A stretch of DNA of 64,000 bases from Mytilus trossulus (Eukaryota). Under the pieces are notes generated by a model, which saw only the letters and a list, made by a program, of their open reading frames with translations, did no database searches and was not told the origin of the DNA. The stretch covers positions 82,336,001-82,400,000 of the forward strand of contig NC_086378.1 of NCBI RefSeq assembly GCF_036588685.1. The letters run 5' to 3'. Of the stretch, positions 1 to 12,000 are shown piece by piece. The translations under genes and the position numbers were made by a program. Position 1 is the stretch's first letter; each line of letters begins with the position of its first letter.

Positions 1-2517
1 AACATTACACAGGAATTTAACATCATAAATAAAATCTCTGTGACTCTCTTTGTCTTTTAAAACATAACGATTATGATGTGGATATTTCTGATGAATTTCA
101 CTCAAAGTTCCTGGTATAATGAGTGGTCCCTTAGCACCATAGATATCTGGATCATCTGGGTAAAGATCATCCCCTGAAACATAATTTTATATCATTAACA
201 CAGAATTTATGTTATCATTTTTAGTTTGATTTAAATGAAACAAATATTTATAATTTATAAGTTAAAATAAAATCTACGTGGTTAATGTCTGTCATATTTG
301 TTCTTCATAAATTGTTTTATAAAAAAGGGTTGTTAATTTTCTGATTTTCATGTTTTGGCCTTATACCATCATGATCATGTTTATAGCTGACTGTAATATA
401 TGAGTTTTACCCATTCTTAAAGGCCATACAGCATGTACAGAGACCTATAAATAAAGAATGATGGCAATCATATTTTTGATGGTGACTTGACAAACAGGGA
501 TTTGTTTTGGACCAATTCATTGACAATATGCACATTTGTTAGCAAAAATTTTTGTTTGATTTAGGTTTAAGAATATGCAAAATCAATACAGTATGTTTAG
601 ATTTATAATCTCCTTTTTTTTAAGTTCTCCCTTATCAATTTATTCAGACCACAAGACAATAAAAAAGAAAACATTTGTCATGAAAAAGACTCTTAAAGTT
701 AAGAAGTATGTAAAATGTTGGGTATTTGTGTCTTCTTACAATTCTGAAGTGGAATGTTCCCTGAAGGCATATACAAGTATATATACTAGCTATCAACAGA
801 TTTGAATTATCAAATATTTGACAGAATCCTCAGATATATATATATATGCCTTTAACTATAAAACTTTGTTAAAGCAAAAAACTATTCAACATTTTCTATA
901 AATGTACCTGGATATAGAATAAAGATTCCATCATCACAGACAGCAGGTACTGGAAAATTTCTCGTTACTCTTTTGTCAATTCTGGTCAGACAAAATTCAT
1001 TTAACTCCTCCATATCTTTAAAGTTTAGAAATCTACATATTTCATAGATCTGTGGTGGAGCCAGTTTGACTTTAGATTCTAAATGACTTTTTATCAGCTC
1101 ATCTGGTGGAGACCACTGAAGATAAAACAAGGTATATTAAATCTAGATTAATGACATTGTTATTGTAATACATGTATACGTACAAATGTATTCTGATTAT
1201 TCCAGTCAGTATTGTGTTAAATATTCAACCAAGTCATTATCATTGATCATGGTCATACATGTATCATTGTTAATAAAATTTGTGAAATATAAATTATGTA
1301 TCTATAGTTGGCTGTTATCTGCTCTTTGGTTGGGTTGTTGTCTCTTTGACACATTCAACATTTCCATTCACAATTTTATCATAAATTGTGGTCATGGTAA
1401 AAAATTAAATAAATAAAATAAATTGCAACATTGAAAAGAATATGACACAAGTCAATGTGCAAGCTGTAGATATATATTTAGCTGTAATTTTTGGGGCCCT
1501 TTATAGATTTCTGTTCCGTGTGAGCCAAGGCTCTGTTTTGAAGGCTATAAGGGCCCTTTATAGATTGCTGTTCTGTGTGAGCCAAGGCTCTGTGTTAAAG
1601 GCTATAACTTGACCTATAATGGTTAACTTTTATCAATTTTTACTTGAATGGAGAGTTGTTTCATTGGCACTCACACCACATCTTCATATCTATTTGAAAT
1701 GTTACAAAACTGAAAATTATGGTAGTTTAACATACATGACATAAAAACAAGAATGCACATAGTAGTATTAAAGAGAAGTAGGCAGAATTTTAACCTGTAA
1801 ATGTACTGTTTCTTTGTCATCGTGGACAGCATCTGGTATAGTGTCCAGTAAACAAAGAAAGAATGCAGTATCATATCTTCTTTTGGAACCTTCATCAGTT
1901 CCAGACGATTTTCTTGCCACAGTGACAGGTGTCAACCAGTTTGACCATTCTGTTAATGACCATATGTCAGGAACCATATTAAATTCTTGACACATTTTGA
2001 TGAATTGTGTTGCATCTTTATCGACCTTCTCCCTCCATATCTCAGAATCAGAAATACCAATATTACCAATTGTTCCATAGAGCTTTGATACATTTGAAGT
2101 CTCTGTTAAGAGGTTGATTTTATTGTCATTAGAAGATCTGGTAAGTAATATTCCACATTCTTCGAATGTCTCTCTTATAGCACATATTCTAAAGGCAACT
2201 TCACTTGGTATTTTCGAAAAATGTTCATCCCTTTGTCTGCTAAACATTGGAGGACCTTGTCCCACCTTTGAAAAATGAGCAAATGTTTTGGCCCATATAT
2301 CATTGTCAAGAGAGGAAAAAACATCCACCCATTCTGGGGAAAAGTCTGCTTCTTCTGCCACGCCCCCTGGAAACACACTCAAGCTTGGCATAAATTTGCT
2401 TTTTCCACTTCTTTTCAACATTAAAATTTCATACGAGTATCTGTTTGCAATGTTCTTCGATTTGGCAGCAATAATCAGAGTAGCTGCCTCCCTCCAATGT
2501 TTTAAAATAGTAGCCAT
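1..2517 (-). CDS. NUDT19: Nudix hydrolase 19-like acyl-CoA diphosphatase, 3' end beyond window start. Exons 2517-1795, 1115-908, 173-<1
   Basis: Starts MATILKHWREAATLII. Has the split Nudix box FPGG...AIRETFEECGILL, WSNWLTP...RRYDTAFF, LAPPQIYE and YPGDDLYP. GT-AG boundaries have compatible phases (0, 1). Confidence 0.88.
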
Positions 2518-3059
2518 TTTATAAAGAATATTTGTTAAATCAAGTTGACAATCATTCAATGGGGGCAGCCATTTTTAAATTTATAGGTTTAGCTATGTTT
2601 ATGAAATTATTTTAGTGTTTCAATCTTCATAAATTCATAAATTCTATTTCAAAAACAAGATTTTTATTTTTTTTATTGCTAAAAAGTAAAAACAAATACC
2701 AAATTTAATTTTTGTATAACACTATTATTGGAAAAAAGTATCGATAATTTCCAAAATGAGAAAAGGTAATTTATCTTTTAGTCAAATCCGTAGGAAGGTT
2801 TGTAATAATACCGAAGAGTAGATAGATGCAAGAAACATTGTATACACAAATAAATATGTTTCGCCATTGTATTCCTCATTTTTAGAATAACGATTATGAA
2901 ATACGTGTGCCTAAAATGTTATAGTTTCATCTCAAACAAATCCTATGTCAAATAAAAATGTGTGACAAGGAAATTGGTTTGAGTGAAATTTTTTGTTGGT
3001 TTTCAGATCCTTTTGAAGTTGTCTTGTGATCATCTTTGACACCAAGCAAGAAGAGTGAA
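2518..3059. promoter_or_regulatory. Putative bidirectional promoter NUDT19/PEPD
   Basis: 542 bp between divergent ATGs. DRE-type TATCGATA at 2739-2746 and YY1-like GCCATTTT at ~2568-2575. An acceptor at 3006 suggests a 5'UTR intron in PEPD. Confidence 0.55.
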
Positions 3060-6000
3060 ATGGCAGCTTCTAGGGCTCAGTAAGAACATTATTTTACTCA
3101 ATTGATATTAATTTCCTGAACGTATAAAATGAATTCCTTAGGAAAAATGATTTATTTTCTAATTCTGAAAATAATTGTGTTATAAAAAAAACATTTGTTT
3201 AGGCTGATATGTCATGATATGGTACATGTATCACAAAACACAATTGTTCAAATCAACAAATTATCGAAGAACAAATTCAAAAAATGTGATTGAATAAAAT
3301 TACTAATGCATAAAGATGCATGTTCAAAAATTTAAAAAAAAAATTATATATTTGAAGATCGAAGGCTTTCCTAAGTGATCAATCTTTAAAGGGAAGGTAT
3401 CAAAAAAGGGGCCTTGCATGTAAGGAGGGGTGGTAGAATTGAAAAGATAATTTAATTAGAATATTCACTTATGTTTACCCCCTTTGTTTTTAATTAGATA
3501 AAGTGGAATTTTTTTGTACATGTAGGTTAAACATGTTGAAAGACATTAGAAAAGTTATATTCAGGACAAAGTATTTTGTAAATTAAGACTATAAAACCAT
3601 AACTGTGTCTTGCATGCAATCTATCTGTTTATAAAGCTGTAAAATATCTAAGAGTTAATGTTAACAGTGTTATTCTTCGTCCACTATGTCGCTAACAGTA
3701 TATATATGTACATCCAAAGTACCCAACATTATACTTATCTTGGTGTAACTTTTAGTGCATCTGGCAGCTTTTCAGAAGCCAAAAACATGTTATATAAAAA
3801 AGGCTTCAAAGCATTCTTTAAATATACAAAATATTTTACTAATTATAAACCTAATATCTCCACTCTAATGCACATTTTTGATCACACAGTGAAACCTGTA
3901 TTATTATATGGTTCAGAAATATGGGGCTGTTTTAATTCTAAAAAGTTAAATAATGACACAGAACTTAATTATTTCTATAGATTATGTAAAGATCTAAAAA
4001 ATGAAAAAGTGCATCTAAAATTCTGCAGATTTACATTAGGAGTGAATAAGCACGCAACAAATTTAGCCATATTTGGCGAATTAGGTCGTTATCCTCTAAT
4101 GATAGATATTTTAACAAACATGATTAAATATTGGAAAAGAATTCATATTAAAAATAATATTTTATTAACAAATGCATACTCTCTCTCAAATACATTATCT
4201 AAAGCTGGGAAGAATTGTTGGGCTAGTAGTATTGATGCTATCTTAAAATTACTTGATTTAAAAGAGTATCAGGTGCTCTCATCTAAAATAAACATTAGAA
4301 ATATGGTGAAAAAGAAATTATATTTAAAGTATTGCAGCATATGGAAGAAAGAATTATTTAATGATAAAAGACAAAATAAGACCTCTGGAAATAAACTTAG
4401 AACTTATCGATTATTTAAACCAAATTTTAATTTTGAGCCTTACTTATTGAAATTACCATATATTCAAAGATGTGTTTTAACAAGATTTAGAATTGGAGCT
4501 CACAAACTTGAAATAGAAAAAGGTCGTTATTTTAATATTAAACTAGAAAATAGAATATGCAAACTCTGTAATGAGGAAATAGAAGATGAGATGCATTTTC
4601 TTTTAACATGTAAAACTCTGGATAATGTTAGAAATCCCTTTCTAAGCAAAATATATAGTAAAAATAAAAATATTTCAAAACTTGATAACAAATCTCTTTT
4701 TATTTGGCTAATGGGAAATGAAGATAAAAACATTTTGATAATAATTTGTCAGTTATTAGAGATTTTAAATATAAACAGAAATACAATATTAAATTAGATT
4801 TCTCTATATAAAATTATGTATGATCAAATATGCATTTACATAAGTTATTTCTTTTACATTTGATAAATTACTAGTATATACTACGAGGTGTGCTGTCCAA
4901 TAAAGGGACCAGAATAACAGACTATTGGTCATATTGTATAATATATGTTTATTATTTACAAATTGTCTACTTCATTTTCTTTAACATTATATCAATCAAC
5001 TAAATCAAAATCAATCATATTATGTACTTTGTTTAACCTATTTTGAATTTACTTTACATTATGTTTGAAAATTGTATTATAATTATTCTGCTCATTCTGG
5101 GCGCCGTGATTGGCAAATTAAATATTTGTTTGTTTGTTTGTTTTTGTGTACTTTTCATTTCAGACCAGCATTTTGTAGAGGTCCACATACACTCACTGTT
5201 CCAGCAGAATTATTTCAGGAGAACAGACAAAGGTTATGTGAAAGGTTAAAGGGTAAAGTTCCAACTGGTGCCATTGTATTGTTGCAGGGTGGAGAGTCGC
5301 AGACTAGATATTGTTCCGACCATGAACCTATATTTAGACAGGTAACATTATACTGTAACTCAATTTCCATGAAAATAAAAGAATCTATAGTATTAGGGAA
5401 CCATCTTATTTGCATATATATGCAGTGGTATACCTGTAGGAGAAAGTAAGCTTTGAATAAAATTTCTTCACTTGAAATTTGTAGCTTCATAATACATGTA
5501 TCAATTTCAGGAGTCACACATGTATTATATTGATTGCATGAAGTGCCATATTATTTTAATGATTTCTGTGAAATAAGTATTGAGAAAAATAACATGAATA
5601 AATAGTATGTTATTCATTTTAGAAATATAGCATATTTAAAGCACGATATGTAAAACTGCTTTTGTTTTGCCTATTGTTATTATAATATACAGTTATTCTT
5701 CAACAATGCAATCAATCTAAATAAAATGACAAACCCATTCATGCCATTAGGGTTAATATTTAAAGTGTTACCATGATATATGGTATAGACTTATAATTTA
5801 CATAACACCAAGTCTGAAAAAAATGTCACTTTCTTTTATTGGAGTGGTACAATTATGTTCTATTTTCCAGGAGTCCTACTTCCAATGGGCTTTTGGAGTA
5901 GAAGAACCTGATTTTTATGGTGCCATTGAGGTAGATACAGGAAATGCAATATTGTTTCCTCCCAAACTTCCAGATGCTTATGCTGTCTGGATGGGAAAGT

Positions 6001-9000
6001 AAGATATTTACAAAAGAGAACATAGTGTATACATTGTATTGCCCTTCAGTGAAATGTTAATACTGATTTTAAACGGCTTGATGACATCACTTGTGTGTGA
6101 CATCAATTAGATTGTACAATAACAGATGTTTTTCAAATAGAATTTGAAAAAGATCTTGTAGGAAAAAATACTTAAATTTGAAATACTTATGTGTTGCTTA
6201 GAATATTTTCTTGTTGGGGTAGATAAACATCTGTACAGTACAGTGCAGTACCAAATTTACAGTACTAAAATTACAGTGTAAGAAAAATATGATTTCCAAA
6301 TATTGAATGTCACTTCATCTTTTTAATTATTTAGAAACTTTGCTTTAATTTTGTAAAATTCAAAGATGGTCAAACACACTGCATGAACCTCAAAGTTGAT
6401 TACATTTAAGCCTTAAAATTGCTGATGACAGAATGTAGGAATAGTTTTTTTCTGGCTTTCACAACCATCAATGCAGGCAAGTCAGAAATCAAACAAGGAA
6501 AAACATGATCATGAATTGATAATGATGACATACTGTTAAAGATCATCTTTTTTTTTTTTTAATAACATATCTGAAAACAACGAAACAATACATTTTATTA
6601 ATGTAGATGCTGTTTGAAGTTTTTAAGGAACAAAATAACTATATTTTCAGGTTACTTTCATGTGAAGACTTTAAAGAGAGATATGGTGTAAATGAAGCTC
6701 ATTGGTCATCAGATGTAAGATAATATACAATTGTATTTTATTCTGCAACTTATGAGAAGAAAATTGTTAATTTGGGGCTCTGAAAACATTCAATCAATAG
6801 GGAAGAATAGACTTTTCATGAAATAATGAAATTAATTTAATAAGGAAAAAGTAAACAACAAATAAATTTGAAAGAATATAAATTATTTTCTTAGGATAAA
6901 AAATCATATAACCATTTTCTTATGAAAATAAAGATGATTTTTTTTTTAACCAAGACCCAAATCTCTTGGTCAATATATATCATGCATCCACAAAAAATAC
7001 ATTTTCCCCTAAATCTACAAAAAATGATACCCACAAAAATATATGAATCTACACTACACTGAAATTTTGTCCTTTTGTATCTTCTTTCCAATAAATTATT
7101 TTAAATAAATTGTTTATTGCTGTTTTATTTCAGATCCCTTCAGTATTGAAAGAAAGAAACCCAGCAGTCCTGTTAACATTGGTAAGTAAGTGTATAAAAC
7201 CCAGCAGTCCTGTTAACATTGGTAAGTAAGGGGAAGAAACCCAGCAGTCCTGTTAACATTGGTAAGTTGGTGTATAAAACCCAGCAGTCCTGTTAACATT
7301 GGTAAGTAAGGGGAAGAAACCCAGCAGTCCTGTTAACATTGGTAAGTTAGTGTATAAAACCCAGAAGTCCTGTCAACATTGGTAAGTTAGTGTATAAAAC
7401 ACAGCATTCCTGTTAACATTGGTAAGTAAGGGGAAGAAACCCAGCAGTCCTGTTAACATTGTTAAGTTAGTGTTTAATTTTAACGTTCACTGTTTGATTT
7501 TACTCTTTATTGAAAAATTTTAACAAATTGAAAAGTTTAAATCTGGTTAAACCATAAAGCTGAATACATTTGAGCTGCGTCAGATAGGAATGAACCTTGT
7601 CCAAGTGCAGGATACATGTAAATGTAAAAGGCTTTGATGAATTTTGGAACATTCACATATGAAATAAAAGATGCATTTGGTAGATATAGGAAGATGTGGT
7701 GTGAGTGCCAATGAGACAACTCTCCATTCAAATAACAATTTAAAAAATTAAACCATTATTATAAATGTACGGCCTTCACCACGAAGTCTTAAGTCTTAAT
7801 TTTTCTTTAGATTTTACCTACATTGATCTTTGATGGATAACAGTCTCATTTCAATTCAATGTGTGGCCTTCAACACGGAGCCTTGGCTCACAACGAACAA
7901 CAAGCTTTTGGTCTGTTTTGTAGGGTTTTTATAACAATTCATTTTCAAACAGTTACAGACTTTTCATAGTGATTTGTTCAACCCCTAATATAAAGTAAAC
8001 AGATGTATTGATATTCATTGGCATACGGTCGATCTGATCTATCTGACCCAGCTTATTTATTTTTTGATGATAAAATAAAAATGATATCTCCATATGATCA
8101 TGATGATACACTTTATTTAAATGGAAGATAAATGTAAAATATTATTTTCCAGAAAGGACTGAACACAGACAGTGGTAACTATAGCAGAGAAGCAGCATTT
8201 GATGGAATCAGTCAGTAAGTATAGTTCAGATTGTTTTGATATACCATTAAAATCATGATATCTAAATTTAAGTTTCTTTTCTTTATTTCCTGTGAAATAT
8301 TAAAATGTAAGTTCAGTAATATTCACCTTTGGTTTAATTTTGGAAGTTAAAGTTTACTCTTTTATTTTTAATAGGAAATTAATTTCATTTGAAAGGTTAT
8401 TTTTAAGCAATCTTTGGAAGTAATACCTATTGGAGAAGAAAAAAACTTATTAATTTTTTATGGCATCTTGGTCAAAAGCCAAGGTTACAATATTAGTTAA
8501 AGCTGATTGCATTGATTGTGTAGGTAAAGGTAATATCTTTGGTTATCTTGCTTGCTAGCTGAACCATGAAGTCATTATTAGGTTAGGTAAACTACTCTCC
8601 TTTAAGAGTAGACTAGTCTAAAAGATAACCAATGTTTCTATCTGTAGGATAAGGCTACTTTGAAAGGAGGGTAGTATACCTTACCTACTAATGACTTCAC
8701 GGTTCAGCTAGCAAGCAAGCTTACCAAAGATATTACCTTTACCTACACACTCAATGCAATCTGCTATAATACTGTAGGAACTCAAATATAAATCTGAAGT
8801 TTGGGAGTAAAATGATTGACTTGCACACATGACATTAGTTTTCAGCATACTATACACAAATCCTTATCAAAACTGCAATAACTCATTTCTTGTCTTCAAA
8901 TTTTGACAGATTGCAACTTGACATGGTTATTTTGTATTTTCAACATGTTTAATGGAAATTTTCTAAAGAAAATTTTTTAATGTTTCAGATTTAAAGTAGA

Positions 9001-12000
9001 TAATACAATTCTTCATCCACAGATCAGCGAATGGTGAGTATATGAAAAAAGATTTTAAGACTTGACCTGAACACAAGTTTTTAGAACAGTTTTTTTAGCT
9101 ATATATATGAACTTTTACAATATAATATATTCCAGATTCTTAATAGATATAGGAAGATGTGGTGTGAGTGCCAATCAGACAACTCTCCATCCAAATAACA
9201 ATTTAAAAAAGTAAACCATTATAGGTCAATGTACGGCCTTCAACACGGAGTCTTAAGTCTTAATTTTTCTTCAGGTTTTTCCTACATTGATCTTTGATGG
9301 ATAACAGTCTCATTTCAATTTAATTCACATTTATTCTTATTGTAATCAACATGAATATTGTTATTTTATATTTATATCTTTTCATTAAAACATTTGACAT
9401 AAACATAAACATTAACTTTTGGCTTATCTAAGTACATGTACAAACATTGAAGCCTGATGTCCTTTAAAGCAAGGGAAGTAAATATGTAGTTGCTAAATGT
9501 ATTTGAATTCCATTTTTCAGTAGAGTTTTCAAGTCAGACAAAGAATTAGATGCTTTGAGATATTCCAATAAGATTAGCAGTGATGCTCATAAAGAGGTAT
9601 GGGAATATGTACTATTAGATCTGTCAGATTAGCCAAATTCTGGAGCATTTGAGTTTTTGTTTTTGAGATTAGTTCATATTGTCTCCTATTGTGTGTGTTT
9701 TTTTTGTCATTTTCTTTTGTCTATGCTGTTTTCTGATTTCTTTGACATCTCTCCATCTAATTCTTGCTTAGAAGAATCAGTAGACAAGAAGATTGCCTTC
9801 AGAGTCACTAGCTTTTCAACACATAATGTTGTGAGTTTTAAGAACAACAATTTTTAGTAAATTTTTGTTATCTTTTACAAAAATCTTCCCCTCTGAAACA
9901 ACTGAGACATAATTTGAATAAACTAGGCCACACACATCATCAGGGTATCTACTATACAAAAATGTGTCAGATGCCCACCAACATGCTGGATATGGCTCAA
10001 TGAGAAACATATAGAGGTAAAATACAGTATTTGGCTGAAAATCTCTGAAATTAAAGCGAAAGTATAATTGTTGTATCATTTCATATGTAAATTGTAAACA
10101 AAAATATCAAGTGAGCTTTTGTTTCATTTTTCATGGCTGTTCATAAGGAATCATTTGATGGCAATTTTACTTGATTGCTACAATAGAACTGTTCTGGTGT
10201 TTGTAATTCACAGTTTTATATTAACAGAGTGGCCCATTAACAAAAATGATTGTAAGATCTCCTGAATAAAAAACATACTCCTTTATACTGTATTTCATTA
10301 AACCTTGAAATAAAAACATGTTGTTTAATTAGCTGCCTCCTTGATGTCTAACAAATAATATGTTTATAAATTAATGGTCTTTTTCTTTATTTTTTCTTAC
10401 AGATAATGAAATCAATCCGACCAGGAGTGTACGAATACCAGATGGAAAGGTAGGCATATCTATTAAAAATATTAAATAATATACAATTATGGCCCTCGGG
10501 CTGCGCCCTCATTGAAATAACCTTTTCGTGTTGACAATTTTGGATATTCATCGATTCTAAGGGGCCACAATTGATTTATTATACCAAACTAACAGTGGAA
10601 AGGCATTTCGAAAACTTTCTATACGTTTACATAACAAAGTCAAAGACAAGTTGACGACAATTGAAAATACATTTGTGTTCTAGAATTTCTAGAATGTACA
10701 ACAAAGGTAGAATCTTTTTGTAAAATATTGATGGCCCTGAAAAGGACCGTAACGTTTACTCTTTAAGAACTATCATCAGCTGCTGGCACTCTATTCATGT
10801 CTAATGCCTTATTTCCTCGTCTCTTCTTATTCTTCGTCTCTTCTTATTCTTTGTCTCTCGGTGAGCTTTAAGTGTAATGTGAACGCTGCCATTTTGTTTA
10901 TTTACGTCTGTGACGTCATAATCATGTGAGATAACTCAAGTACAAATCAACAATCTCAAAAGGTTATTCGCTGGTGAATAATAGGGTTATTTACCGCTAG
11001 TGGAAATTTTTAGGGTTATTTGTCCTTCCTTGCAATTGAATGAAAAACAACTGAATTATTCCATGTCACGTGATAACGTTTCACCCAATAGAATTGTTTA
11101 AAATATATGTAAGGTATAATAATAAAAGTTAACTTATTGGCTTATACTTGATCTTATATAACTGATGCTATTTCCTAAAAAAAATTGATGTCACAAAGCA
11201 AATATTTTCACATCACAATGTCCCATGGCGTCTTTCCTCCAATGACCTTAAGTCAGCTGGGATATTTCATTCATTAAATGGAAATTGAAAACTTGTCTAT
11301 TCTGGTATTCTACTAAATAAATGTTCTGAAGAATACTTGTTTGGTGATAGAGCAGTAATCTAAAGTTAAATAACATACAATATGCATATAAATTGTATAT
11401 GTGTCATGTTTTAAAAGGTAACTCTTCTTAATAAAGGAAAATGCAAAGCAAATTAACTGTTAATGTTGCGGGAATTGGTTTTTAACTTACCTCAACTCAA
11501 ATTAAGGGAATCTGAGCATACCTAGCTGTAGTTGTAGAATCAGAAAAGAGGATATATTTTCTCTATATTTACTGTCATAGAGAAATTCTATCCTTGTTAA
11601 TGCTATTTGAAATTATAACAGATTTTCCAAATGAATATTATTAAATCAAAATACCTATCATACAAATTTATTTTCTAAGTTGACAGAATGCACTATGTAA
11701 AGTTAAGGGGTTAACTATCGTTATATAAGTGTAGCCTTTCAGTACATGAAAATGTCTTGTCAAACTATGTTGTAAATGCGATATTGAGAGTTTTCAATCC
11801 ACCTGACATTGTCAGTATACAAATAATAGTAGTGAGGTTTGAGTTTTTTTTGGTCATATCCATGTGATGTCACATGTGAATGTTTGCAAATGTGTGAATT
11901 TAATACAATTCTTGACAAGAAATTGTTTACATTACACAAGTTGCAAAAAGTAGAGTGAAGTGTATAAATGGAATGTATACCTAACTCCAAATTATTCACA

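Noticed and set aside
3658-4797. 379-aa ORF as a nested host gene
   Set aside because: Motifs are those of a LINE ORF2 C-terminus, and the start is non-ATG.
9780-10079. Coding-like antisense ORF in PEPD intron 8
   Set aside because: Short and unrecognisable; could be a decayed element.
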